NCBI GenBank assembly: GCA_964343575.1
Contig: CAYFJV010000001.1
Location: forward strand, 534,705 to 598,704
Direction of reading: 5' to 3'
From: an uncultured Methanosarcinales archaeon
GTDB taxonomy: Archaea > Nanobdellota > Nanobdellia > Woesearchaeales > GW2011-AR9
Length of the DNA: 64,000 nucleotides
Made by a program: the position numbers and the translations under genes. The notes under the pieces were generated by a model. The model saw only the letters and a list, made by a program, of their open reading frames with translations. It did no database searches and was not told where the DNA came from. Shown in pieces: positions 18,805 through 28,374 of the stretch (positions within the stretch are counted from its first letter, which is position 1; every line of letters begins with the position of its first letter).

Positions 18805-21321
18805 ATGGCAGCAGAATTACCTAAACGTTATGATTCTAAAGAAGCAGAACCCCGTATCCAGAAATTCTGGGAAGATGAGGGAGTGAACAAGTTTGATGAA
18901 AAGACCAACAAAGAAATTTACTCAATTGATACCCCCCCACCGACTGTTAGCGGGAAGATGCATTTGGGCCATGCTTTTAGTTTCTCTCAACAAGATTTTG
19001 TTGCTCGTTACAAACGAATGAGTGGTTTTGAAGTCTACTACCCTTTCGGAACCGATGATAATGGTCTGGCAACTGAAAAATTAGTTCAAAAGAAGAAAAA
19101 AGTAAATCTGCGTAATGTTTCCCGGCCAGATGCAATTAAGATCTGTGTTGACTTTCTCAATGAAGAGAGACCAAAATTTATCCAGGATTGGAAGAACATC
19201 GGTATGAGCTGTGATTTCTCTTTATGTTATTCCACCATTGATGATTACAGTCGAAAAATTTCACAAAAAAGTTTTTTGGATCTTGCTAAAAAAGGACTTG
19301 TGTACAGAAAAGAAGCACCAGTTATTTGGGACACTCAATTCCAGACAGCGATCTCTCAGGCAGAACTGGAGAGTGTTGATAAAAAGACCTTCTTTAATGA
19401 TATCATCTTTAAGAGCGAGAAAGGAGAAGAGTTAATCATTGCAACTACTCGTCCAGAAATGCTCAGTGCTTGTGTTGCAGTCTTTGCACACCCAGATGAT
19501 GAGCGCTACAAAAAGCTGTTTGGAAAGTTTGCACTCTCTCCTCTTTACGAGGAAAAGGTTCCAATCTTAGCTGATGAGAAAGCAGACCCCGAAAAAGGAA
19601 CTGGCCTTGTTATGTGTTGTACCTTTGGAGATCAAACAGATATTGAATGGTATAAGAAACACAATCTTCCCTTGAAATCTGCAGTGAATAAGTTTGGAAA
19701 AATGACTGAACTGGGTGGTAAGTATGCTGGGATGAAAGTTGAGGAAGCTCGAGCTGCTATTATCGAGGATCTTCGTGAAGCGGGCTTGTTGAATGGACAA
19801 AAAGAAATAAGTCACACCGTGAGCGTTGGTGAGCGTTCTGGAAAGCCAATTGAGATTATTAATTCTAAGCAGTGGTATGTAAAATATCTTGATCGCAAAG
19901 AGGATTTTCTAAAAAAAGGAGCAGAGCTTAACTGGTTCCCAGAACACATGAAACACCGCCTTGATAACTGGATCAAGGGTCTTAATTGGGACTGGTGTAT
20001 TGCTCGGCAACGTCACTTTGGAGTTCCCATTCCAGTTTGGTACGGAGAGGACGGAAAAGTGTACTACGCAGATGAGAGTCAATTGCCGGTTGATCCTACT
20101 AAAGATCGTCCACTTGGCATAAGCGATGATGTAAAACTTATTGGTGAAGTGGATGTTTTTGATACTTGGTTTACCAGCTCAAGCAGCCCATTTTTAGCAG
20201 TTAACTTGATTGAAGATGAGAAAGTTCGCAAAAGGCTCTTTCCTATGAACTTGCGTCCACAAGCGCATGACATCATTAACTTTTGGCTCTTCTCTACCAT
20301 GGCAAAAACAAACCTGCTTTATGATGGCACCAATCCTTGGGAAGATGCAACCATAAGTGGTTTCGTACTTGATCCTAAGGGAAATAAGATGTCTAAATCA
20401 AAAGGGAACGTGGTAGCTCCACAAGATGTTATTGCAAAGTTTAGCGCCGATGCTATTCGTTTTTGGGCAGCAACTTCCAAATTAGGAGAAGATCTTCCCT
20501 ACCAGGAAAAAGATGTACTTACTGGTCAAAAGTTTGTTAACAAGATGTGGAATGCATCTAAATTTGCACTGATGAACTTGGGTGATGGTTTTGGGAAAGA
20601 CGATGCAGAGAATGTAGAACTGGTTACCGAAGTTTTTGATAAGTGGCTCTTAGCTCGTTTACAAAAAGTAATTGCTGCAGCAACCAGCAGCTTTGAAGCC
20701 TATGAATATGCAAGAGCAAAGGCTGAAGCAGAATACTTCTTTAGAAGTATCTTTTGTGATAATTATCTTGAGATCGTAAAAGATAGGCTTTACAACCCAG
20801 ACAAACGTGGAGAAGATGCTCGTAGGAGTTCACAAGTAGCGCTCTATCACGCCGTGCTTGGAAGTTTAAAGATGTTAGCACCAATTATGCCGTACATCAC
20901 TGATGAGATTTATAGTCATTACTTTGCCAAACAGGAAGGCCTAAAAAGCATCCATAGAAGTTCCTGGCCAGAGCTTGCCGAGCAGTGGTCTTTTGCTGAT
21001 GAGCAGGAGCAGGCAGAGCTTGTTGGAGATATTGGTCTTGATATCATTGCTGCTGTGCGTAAATTCAAGTCAGAACAGCAACTTTCTTTGAAAGCTGAGC
21101 TTTCCGAATTAGTTTTAGTTGCTCCGCAGGGAGAAGAGGTCCAGAAAATTGAAGGACTTGAGAAGCTTGGCGGCTTTGAAGCAGCGGTAAAAAGTATGGA
21201 AGCTGATCTTAAAGCAGTTCTTAAGGTTGAGAAGATTAGTTTTTCAGGCAAGGCGGGTTCTGTAAGTGAGAAGTTTGCTCTTGGTATTGGAGTGAGTGTT
21301 AAAGAAGCAAAAGAATCCTAA
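18805..21321 (+). CDS. valS: Valyl-tRNA synthetase (archaeal type)
   Basis: IDTPPPTVSG..HLGH, ATTRPE, DVFDTW and KMSKS motifs. Confidence 0.97.
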   Translation: MAAELPKRYDSKEAEPRIQKFWEDEGVNKFDEKTNKEIYSIDTPPPTVSGKMHLGHAFSFSQQDFVARYKRMSGFEVYYPFGTDDNGLATEKLVQKKKKVNLRNVSRPDAIKICVDFLNEERPKFIQDWKNIGMSCDFSLCYSTIDDYSRKISQKSFLDLAKKGLVYRKEAPVIWDTQFQTAISQAELESVDKKTFFNDIIFKSEKGEELIIATTRPEMLSACVAVFAHPDDERYKKLFGKFALSPLYEEKVPILADEKADPEKGTGLVMCCTFGDQTDIEWYKKHNLPLKSAVNKFGKMTELGGKYAGMKVEEARAAIIEDLREAGLLNGQKEISHTVSVGERSGKPIEIINSKQWYVKYLDRKEDFLKKGAELNWFPEHMKHRLDNWIKGLNWDWCIARQRHFGVPIPVWYGEDGKVYYADESQLPVDPTKDRPLGISDDVKLIGEVDVFDTWFTSSSSPFLAVNLIEDEKVRKRLFPMNLRPQAHDIINFWLFSTMAKTNLLYDGTNPWEDATISGFVLDPKGNKMSKSKGNVVAPQDVIAKFSADAIRFWAATSKLGEDLPYQEKDVLTGQKFVNKMWNASKFALMNLGDGFGKDDAENVELVTEVFDKWLLARLQKVIAAATSSFEAYEYARAKAEAEYFFRSIFCDNYLEIVKDRLYNPDKRGEDARRSSQVALYHAVLGSLKMLAPIMPYITDEIYSHYFAKQEGLKSIHRSSWPELAEQWSFADEQEQAELVGDIGLDIIAAVRKFKSEQQLSLKAELSELVLVAPQGEEVQKIEGLEKLGGFEAAVKSMEADLKAVLKVEKISFSGKAGSVSEKFALGIGVSVKEAKES

Positions 21322-21391
21322 AACAGAGAAAGGAAAATTTGAGAGATAGTGAGAAGAAAAGAGAAAAAGAAAGAAAACTAAATTACTTCTT

Positions 21392-21587
21392 ATACAAAGA
21401 AACTCAGGAAACCTCACACTTTAGTGTTGGGGACGCAAGGTAATTGAAAATTACTTGCACAAGAAAGCAGAGCTTTCTTTGTGAATGAGTTCAGTTTTCC
21501 TGAGTTTCTTGTATCATAAAAATTTCAGAAAGCGGCGGTTCAAACCCCATCATTTATGGTTGGGGTAGCCGCTTTCCTAAAATTTTT
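21392..21587. repeat. Structured intergenic element (nested inverted repeats; twin-hairpin unit; IS200/IS605-end-like palindromes)
   Basis: 19-bp stem 21392-21411/21496-21514 enclosing three hairpins; second long hairpin 21518-21587. Confidence 0.7.
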
Positions 21588-21594
21588 CTTGATT

Positions 21595-22383
21595 TTATCC
21601 TTTGATTTCCAAAGCAAGACCATCTCCAGAAAGAACCAAACTGTCCATTCCTCCTTGAAGATGTGAGCTTATTTCTTCACCAGTTGTAAAGGTTGCATCC
21701 CCTACAAAGCCGGCAACTGTTGCGTCTTCTCCTGCAAAGGTGTAATCTAGCTTGTTCTCAAGATGAGCTTCCCCATGAGCAGAGGTAAAACTGATATCAA
21801 AAGAAGTTCCATCAAGAGCAACGCTATCAAAGTCAAGGTTTGTTAAAGTGATTGCAAAACTTTTCTCAGTGGAAAGCACAACACCATTTACTTCTAATCT
21901 TTCGGCATCCCCCACCAAGGTAAGACTTCCTTCCAAAGATAAGTCTCCTAAGAAGTTGTGAATACTTAGGGTTACTTCATCAAGGTTCCTTAAGTTAAGC
22001 TCTTCCTCTTTATCTATTTTGATAACTGCAGAAGGGTCACTAAAGGTAACTATAATCTCATCAGCAAAAAGCTCTTCTTGTTCTAAATCAGGAATTTGTT
22101 GCATGGTTAGATCTAAGGAATGTTCTATATCGGCCACCGCGGCTGCCTTCTTTACTGCCACTGCACTTTCAGCTGTAGCTCCAAGACCTTCTCCAGGTTC
22201 AAGTTCTTCAACTGCAGCTTCTCCTGCCTTTTCAATACTTGGAAAACCTGCGACCGAACCAGTAAGGCCTTCAGTATCTTCATTAAGAAGCAAAAGTGCA
22301 AAGATCCCACCTACAAGAATGGTACCAAGCACAAGATAATAACGAACTGTGTGATGAGCATTGTGCGCCGGAGCATGAGCCAT
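21595..22383 (-). CDS. Hypothetical acidic membrane-anchored surface protein
   Basis: N-terminal TM, LTGSVA motif, acidic beta-rich body; GAGGTG SD-like sequence upstream. Confidence 0.7.
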   Translation of the reverse strand: MAHAPAHNAHHTVRYYLVLGTILVGGIFALLLLNEDTEGLTGSVAGFPSIEKAGEAAVEELEPGEGLGATAESAVAVKKAAAVADIEHSLDLTMQQIPDLEQEELFADEIIVTFSDPSAVIKIDKEEELNLRNLDEVTLSIHNFLGDLSLEGSLTLVGDAERLEVNGVVLSTEKSFAITLTNLDFDSVALDGTSFDISFTSAHGEAHLENKLDYTFAGEDATVAGFVGDATFTTGEEISSHLQGGMDSLVLSGDGLALEIKG

Positions 22384-22568
22384 GATAAAAACACCTCTTT
22401 TGTAACTACACCTTTTTTTCCTTTTTGGAAAATAAGAGTATTTTATGGTAGAAAAAGAGTCTTCTAACTTTTATAGTTTTCTGTATTTTAAAGGTGGTGC
22501 CGGGCAAAATGCCTTGTTGAGAAGGTTGTGTGAAGTGTTAAGAGCTGTCAAGAAAACTATTGTTTTGA

Positions 22569-23048
22569 CTATTCTTTCTGAAGATTGTCGCTCTTATTCT
22601 CCCGAATACGATGCTCAATCTTTTCCATGACCGCATGAGGATTTTCTATGTCTTTGATCTCAAAAGATTCTACTGAGCCTTTCATGGAAATTGTTCCATA
22701 ACCCAAGATTCTTTGTAGCCAATCTTGATGTACATTGATATCAGGAACAAAACCAAGAGGGTGAAAGTAGACATGTTTTCTATGTTGACGAATAATACCA
22801 TCGATAATGGTCATCTTAGAAGGGTGGATAAGGTAACGCCTCATCACCCTTGAAATTTCTGCATAACACACTGCAAAGACAGCTAAGCTAAGAAGTAAAA
22901 TGTCAAAAGCATCATAATCAAGACCCCGTGATGCTCCAAAAACAAAGATGAAAAAAAGTATTCCTGCACAGAGATACTCAATAAAGTAGGCTTTCCTGCT
23001 TCTTCGTAGCTCGAAAAGTACTCGTTCTGTATCTTTTGCATGAGACAT
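22569..23048 (-). CDS. Membrane protein with bacterial PH (bPH_2/DUF304-like) domain
   Basis: 2 TM then GII...INVHQDWLQRILGYGTI...I.DIENP motif. Confidence 0.8.
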   Translation of the reverse strand: MSHAKDTERVLFELRRSRKAYFIEYLCAGILFFIFVFGASRGLDYDAFDILLLSLAVFAVCYAEISRVMRRYLIHPSKMTIIDGIIRQHRKHVYFHPLGFVPDINVHQDWLQRILGYGTISMKGSVESFEIKDIENPHAVMEKIEHRIRENKSDNLQKE

Positions 23049-23102
23049 GAGCCTAGGTTAAGTTCAATAACTTTATATAGATTTTGACTCCATTCCTTTC
23101 CT

Positions 23103-23924
23103 ATGCCAGAGCTTCCAGAGGTAGAAACTGTACGCCGAGGCTTGGAAAAAGAAATTCTTGGAAAAAAGATTGCTTCAATCAAAGTAGAAGATTATGCTCA
23201 AAACATTGCTGGCCCTTTAGATGAACAGCTAGGAGCAAGTGTTAGCTCGGTTGGTAGGAGGGCGAAATATTTGTTGTTGCATTTAGATAATTCTAATTCT
23301 TTGATTGTACATCTCAAGATGACCGGCCAATTTATCCCAGGACATATTGCTGAGAAAAACAAGAAACTCTCTTTTGCAACGAAGGTGCTTTTTAGTTTCA
23401 CTGATGGATCCACTCTTCATTTTAATGATTGGAGAAAATTTGGAGAGATCAATGTGCTGCCAAGTGATGCAATTGAGCAATTTTTCCATGAGAAGGCTTT
23501 GGGCCCAGAGGCTCTTGATGAGAAGTTTAGCTTTCAAGAATTTAGTGAAATTTTGCATCGAAAGAGAAGGTCTCGTTTGAAAACGACGCTTATGGATCAG
23601 AAAGTTATTTCTGGGCTTGGAAACATTTATGCGCAGGAAGCCTGCTTTCTTTCAAGGATTGATCCTCGCCGTAAAATTGAAAGTCTCACTTTAGAAGAAG
23701 GAAAGAATTTGTATGATGCCATTCGAGCTGTTTTATCCCAAGCGATTACTTTTAATGGCACTTCTTTCGATACCGCATATGTTACAGTGAATGGACAAGG
23801 AGGAAATTTTTCTCAGTTCTTACATGTCTATAAACAAAAGAAGTGTAAGGTTTGCCAGGAAGAAATCTCTTTGGTTTCTATGAGTTCTCGAAGCACCTAT
23901 TTTTGTGCTAGCTGTCAGAGATAA
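23103..23924 (+). CDS. mutM: Formamidopyrimidine-DNA glycosylase Fpg
   Basis: MPELPEVET, RRAKYL, HLKMTG, D.RKFG, LGPEAL and GLGNIY motifs; C-terminal CxxC..CxxCQ zinc finger. Confidence 0.95.
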   Translation: MPELPEVETVRRGLEKEILGKKIASIKVEDYAQNIAGPLDEQLGASVSSVGRRAKYLLLHLDNSNSLIVHLKMTGQFIPGHIAEKNKKLSFATKVLFSFTDGSTLHFNDWRKFGEINVLPSDAIEQFFHEKALGPEALDEKFSFQEFSEILHRKRRSRLKTTLMDQKVISGLGNIYAQEACFLSRIDPRRKIESLTLEEGKNLYDAIRAVLSQAITFNGTSFDTAYVTVNGQGGNFSQFLHVYKQKKCKVCQEEISLVSMSSRSTYFCASCQR

Positions 23925-24033
23925 TTAGTATAGCGGTAGTAGAATGTTATAAGAATGAATGTATGGGCAAGGAGCTTGCTTTTCAGAGGTTTTAAAAAAT
24001 CAGTTTATTTTCTTTCTGCTTAGGTGGTTAGCT

Positions 24034-24360
24034 GTGTTAAAAAAATTCTTGAGCAAAGTTAAGAAGGAAGTAAAAAAAAGAAAGCCAAGATCTGTTTCCT
24101 TAAGAAGGAGGAGTTCTCGATCTTTAGATAAAGAGGAATTTGAGAACCGTTTTCAAAAATTCTACCATCTTAATAAAAGAAGGTTAAACAAAGAGCGACG
24201 TGGAAATTACAAAAGAAAAGCAAAGAGCGGTATTTGCGTTCGTTGCAGTAAAAAAATTGTTCCTGGCATCGTGTTCTGTAGCTACCATCAAGCAAAACAA
24301 AAAGAGTATAATGCCAAAGCACGAAAGAGAAGAAAACTTGCTGCCAAAAAGAAATCTTGA
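24034..24360 (+). CDS. Small very basic protein with CxxC...CxxH zinc-finger-like motif
   Basis: GICVRCSKK....FCSYH; Lys/Arg-rich; GTG start after AGGTGG (start uncertain). Confidence 0.65.
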   Translation: MLKKFLSKVKKEVKKRKPRSVSLRRRSSRSLDKEEFENRFQKFYHLNKRRLNKERRGNYKRKAKSGICVRCSKKIVPGIVFCSYHQAKQKEYNAKARKRRKLAAKKKS

Positions 24361-24416
24361 ATTGAATCAGAAAGAAATAAGAAAGTAAAAAAAGAAATAA
24401 GAAGACAAAGAGATAA

Positions 24417-24608
24417 TTACATCTTGTTGTTCTTATACTTCTCAGCATCGGCTTTGGAAAGAACTCTCCAACACTCATAATCTCCAGAAGGAGACTTAGT
24501 TACTGCGAAAAAACGAGTTACTCCCTTAGCCTCTTTCTTACGTACTTCAAATTTGTCTGTCTTAAATTTCTTTTTGGACTTAACGTCGTAAAATTCAACT
24601 TCTGCCAT
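24417..24608 (-). CDS. CC1-like small basic chromatin protein (63 aa)
   Basis: FYDVKSKKKFKTDKFEV...FAVTKSP...WRVL matches the recalled Thermoproteales CC1 pattern (FYDIKAKQ.FETD.YEV...FAVAKSP...YRLL); GAGGTG SD upstream. Confidence 0.75.
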   Translation of the reverse strand: MAEVEFYDVKSKKKFKTDKFEVRKKEAKGVTRFFAVTKSPSGDYECWRVLSKADAEKYKNNKM

Positions 24609-24876
24609 GTTATAAAACACCTCTATTTTATTGTTAGTAGTATGCTGTTTTCCAGCCTTAGAGAAAAAAACCAACTTGCTACCTTAGCTGCTTTAGTTTA
24701 TCCCTCAAACCCCGTGGGTGAGTAAGAACGGGGCGGGACCTCTTTATAAAGTTTGTTGCTAGGCATGCAAGAAATGTATATAAAAGGGAGAGAGGGAAGC
24801 AGAGGTATCTAGAAAAATTCTTTTTATTTACCAAAAGAGAGTCTAAAAGGAGTTCTTTCTTCTTATGAGAATAAAA

Positions 24877-26388
24877 TTATCTAATGAGGTAGGGATGCTT
24901 TTCTTTAAGAAGTTCAAGTGCCAACTCTTGTTTGGCTTTACTTTGTGCATAGAGTGTGAACAAAAGATCCCCTCTCTTTACTTGCTGCCCCACTTTTTTG
25001 TGCAAGTATAAACCTGCGCCCTTATCTTTTGGAGCGCCAGCAATTCTAGCAAGTTTTGCAATTATACCATTACTTAGTTCTTTGACAGTTCCAGATTTGC
25101 TTGCTCGCACTTGATACTTATACCTGCCAAGGGTGGGAAGTGTTTGCTTTCCTTGCGCTTTGATGATCTCTTGCATCTTCTTCCAAGCTTTTCCAGAAAA
25201 GAGGATTTCTTCTGCGGTTTTGAATCCTTTTCCTTTCTTTACCTTTTTTGACATTTCAAGAAGTGTGGCTGCCATATTGAGTGCCTTTTTTCTGAGATCT
25301 TCTGGAGCATGCTGCTCATTTTTGAGAATTGCAAGCACATCTTGTGCTTCAAGAAGCGGGCCAACACCATTTCCAATTGGTTCAGAGCCATCAGTGACAA
25401 TCACTTTCACGTCCATCTTCAGTGCTTTTCCTACTTTCTCAAACTTTTTTCGTAACTTCCTTGCTTGAGTGGGATTTTTTACTTTCACTTCTTCACCCAT
25501 GGGAATGTCAATGAGTACATGATTTGCAGTAACTGAATATTTCTTTGCCATCACCGAAGCTATAAGCTGCCCCTCTGCGTCAATAGAGAGAGGGTGTTCT
25601 ACTTGAATGATTTTATCATCAGCAGGAGCAAGGTTCATTGAACCACCATGCACAATGCAAGCGCCAGTTTTTTTGATTACTTGATGAATCTTTTTTTGAC
25701 TCAATTCTACCTTTGCTAAACATTCCATTGTGTCTGCTGTTCCTGCCGGACTAGTAATTGCTCGCGAACTAGTCTTTGGCATGGTAAGTCCTGCTGCTGC
25801 AATAATGGGAGTTACAATCATGGTTGTTCTATTGTTTGGCACTCCACCGATACAATGTTTATCAAGAGTAATCCCTCTGAACTTGAGCTTGTCTCCAGTC
25901 TCTACCATTGCCCTAGTCATATCTACAATTTCTTTATCTGACCAGCCATGTGTAAAACCTGCCGCCACAAAATAAGTTTTTTCAACATCTGTTAAGCGAT
26001 CGTTAGTAATATCATCAATGATATGAAGAATTTCAGTGTAGCAAAGTTTTTTCCCATGCATCTTTGCTCTAATGTGCTGCACAGATTCAGGTTTTCCGGA
26101 AAACTTTACTTTAATTGCAGGACAGCTTTTGTTCTTACTTCTGCCCCTACTCTTTCCTTGAAGACAAAGCCGTTTGAGTACTTCTTCAAAAACACCGATT
26201 TGGCCAGGAGCGACCACTTTTTTGTTCTCAGCAATATCAAGGATAACATTTACTTTGTTTCTTCCCGCAGAGAGTAAAAGACGGTCTCCAACATGAAGGT
26301 CTAGCTCTTGCGCATCTTTTTCATTGAGAATGGCAACCAGAATTCCTCCGGTTGCAATATCCATATCTTTTATCTGAAAAGTCTTCAT
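24877..26388 (-). CDS. AMP phosphorylase (thymidine phosphorylase family)
   Basis: DKHCIGGVP.NRTT, PKTSSRAITSPAGTADTME and LAPADD motifs; N-terminal extra domain typical of AMPpase. Confidence 0.92.
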   Translation of the reverse strand: MKTFQIKDMDIATGGILVAILNEKDAQELDLHVGDRLLLSAGRNKVNVILDIAENKKVVAPGQIGVFEEVLKRLCLQGKSRGRSKNKSCPAIKVKFSGKPESVQHIRAKMHGKKLCYTEILHIIDDITNDRLTDVEKTYFVAAGFTHGWSDKEIVDMTRAMVETGDKLKFRGITLDKHCIGGVPNNRTTMIVTPIIAAAGLTMPKTSSRAITSPAGTADTMECLAKVELSQKKIHQVIKKTGACIVHGGSMNLAPADDKIIQVEHPLSIDAEGQLIASVMAKKYSVTANHVLIDIPMGEEVKVKNPTQARKLRKKFEKVGKALKMDVKVIVTDGSEPIGNGVGPLLEAQDVLAILKNEQHAPEDLRKKALNMAATLLEMSKKVKKGKGFKTAEEILFSGKAWKKMQEIIKAQGKQTLPTLGRYKYQVRASKSGTVKELSNGIIAKLARIAGAPKDKGAGLYLHKKVGQQVKRGDLLFTLYAQSKAKQELALELLKEKHPYLIR

Positions 26389-26497
26389 CTCTCTTCCCCT
26401 TACTCTAGAAGAAAGAATTTTTGTTTATATATGTTACGAAGTGACTTGTAAAGAAACTTGTAGAGAATGTTCTTTTGGCCTTTGGTAGAATGCGGTT

Positions 26498-27658
26498 TTA
26501 TTGGTCTTGTTGATCTTCTTGCACACAATCTCCAGGTTCAAGTGCCTTTTTTACTTTGCTTTTGTCTCCAACAAAAGCACCTAATTTTTCTCTTCCAGAA
26601 TCAAATGTTTTTTTGGCAGAGCGCACTTTGACTGTTCCATTGTTATTCTTTCCTTTATTTTCAATACGTACTCCTGGACTGAGCTCAACGTGCTCTCCAA
26701 GCACAGAATCTTTAATCATGCAACGTTTTCCCAACTTACTATTGCTTGCAATAACTGAGTTTTCTATTCCACAACTTGCTTCAATAATACAATTTTTTCC
26801 AATTGCAGTAGAACCAGTAATAATACAGTTTGGACCAATGACGGTGTTTTCACCAATAACAATATTTCCCTTGAGAAGGGTTCCACTCTTGACAATCGCC
26901 CCTTTGGCAATATCAACGCTCCCTTCAATCATCACGCCCTCTTCTAGTTTTCCTTTGATGGAACAAAGCTCTTCATCAGCTAACATTTGCTCGTTTGCCT
27001 CTAAGATGTGCCAAGGATAGCCCACAGGAATCCAAAAACCTTGTACTTCTTGATAATGCAATTTTCCTTGTTTTGCTAATTCTTGCATAGCATCCGTAAG
27101 TTCATACTCTCCTCTTGGAGAAAGTTTAAGTGATCTGAGAATGGGAAAAATTTCAGGAGTAAAACAAAACATTCCTGCGTTTACTAAATTTGAAGGTGGA
27201 GGACCTTGGGGCTTTTCAATCACCTCTTTTACTAAGCCGTTTTCAACAACAACCGCTCCAAACTTACTCACATCATCTTTATGTTGAAGAAGTACTGCGT
27301 TATCAAATTTAGCCAGATTTTTCATATCCTTTCTTGAATAAAGATCGTCACCATAGAAAGCAAAGAACTTGCCCGTTACTTTACCTTCTGCCATGAGCAG
27401 AGCGTGGCCTGTTCCAAGCATTTCTTCTTGCACGATGTAAGTTATTTTGATACTATGATAATGCTCGCCAAGCGCTTGCATAATTTGATCTTTTTTGTAG
27501 CCAACAATAATGATTGCTTCATCGACAATACCAAGCATTTGATCTAGGTTGTGCATGAGCACTGGTTTGTTTGCTACTTCGATAAGCGGCTTTGCTTTGC
27601 TTGTTGAGAAAGGAAAAATCCTTGTTCCTTTTCCTGCGGCTAAAATTACTGCTTGCAT
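26498..27658 (-). CDS. Sugar-phosphate nucleotidyltransferase with hexapeptide repeats (archaeal GlmU-like)
   Basis: AVILAAGKGTR, EKP and SPRGEYELTD motifs; left-handed beta-helix repeats. Confidence 0.9.
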   Translation of the reverse strand: MQAVILAAGKGTRIFPFSTSKAKPLIEVANKPVLMHNLDQMLGIVDEAIIIVGYKKDQIMQALGEHYHSIKITYIVQEEMLGTGHALLMAEGKVTGKFFAFYGDDLYSRKDMKNLAKFDNAVLLQHKDDVSKFGAVVVENGLVKEVIEKPQGPPPSNLVNAGMFCFTPEIFPILRSLKLSPRGEYELTDAMQELAKQGKLHYQEVQGFWIPVGYPWHILEANEQMLADEELCSIKGKLEEGVMIEGSVDIAKGAIVKSGTLLKGNIVIGENTVIGPNCIITGSTAIGKNCIIEASCGIENSVIASNSKLGKRCMIKDSVLGEHVELSPGVRIENKGKNNNGTVKVRSAKKTFDSGREKLGAFVGDKSKVKKALEPGDCVQEDQQDQ

Positions 27659-27687
27659 TTTTCTTGGGTTTTGCTCACTTGTTGTAC

Positions 27688-28374
27688 TTATTCTTTTCCT
27701 TGTATTTTTTTAATGATTTCTGGTATTTCTGATAAGGATTCAACCACATAATTGATCTCTTTTCCAATCATTTCTTGGGGTGTTGGATCAGCAATTCCCC
27801 TCCCATACTTGAAATGGATCGTGGTAATGCCGAGTTTGTGTGCTGGGAGTAGGTCTGTTTTGTACTTATCACCTATTGATACGGTATCTTTTGGCTGGAA
27901 ACCAGTATTGTTTAGAATCTTCTTATAACTCTCTTCCTTGTTAAGATTAAAAGTTATTTGTACATCAGCAAAGCGAGTAAGATCGAGACCTATTTTTTTC
28001 ATCTTAGCAAACTGCATCTCTTCTCGCCCAGCTGAGAGCAGAGCCAGGGTGTGTCCTTGTTGCTCTAAGGTGTTAAGAAGTTCTTGGGCCCAGTTTACAT
28101 AGCTTATTGTGAATGATTTTCTAAATGGAGTAGTGTACTCTTCTACCGCAACTTCGTAAAGATCTTCACGACCAACTTGTTTTAGAAATTTTTGAAAAGT
28201 TTCTCTTGCCGCAAAGGAACTTTTGTCCAGTTGAAGGAATATTTTATGAATCTCTTCTCTGTCTCCTTTCAATCCCGCTGCGAGGAGCACATCTATGACG
28301 TCGTAAAACTTGAGAGGGATCGTACATTTAGAAGTGTCCGCAAGGGTGTCATCAAAATCTAGAATTATTAGCAT
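27688..28374 (-). CDS. HAD-superfamily hydrolase
   Basis: DFDDTL motif I; IGD...DL motif IV. Confidence 0.88.
   Translation of the reverse strand: MLIILDFDDTLADTSKCTIPLKFYDVIDVLLAAGLKGDREEIHKIFLQLDKSSFAARETFQKFLKQVGREDLYEVAVEEYTTPFRKSFTISYVNWAQELLNTLEQQGHTLALLSAGREEMQFAKMKKIGLDLTRFADVQITFNLNKEESYKKILNNTGFQPKDTVSIGDKYKTDLLPAHKLGITTIHFKYGRGIADPTPQEMIGKEINYVVESLSEIPEIIKKIQGKE

Noticed and set aside
21537..21547. tRNA T-loop-like GGTTCAAACCC
   Set aside because: No 5-bp T stem, acceptor stem or anticodon arm can be formed
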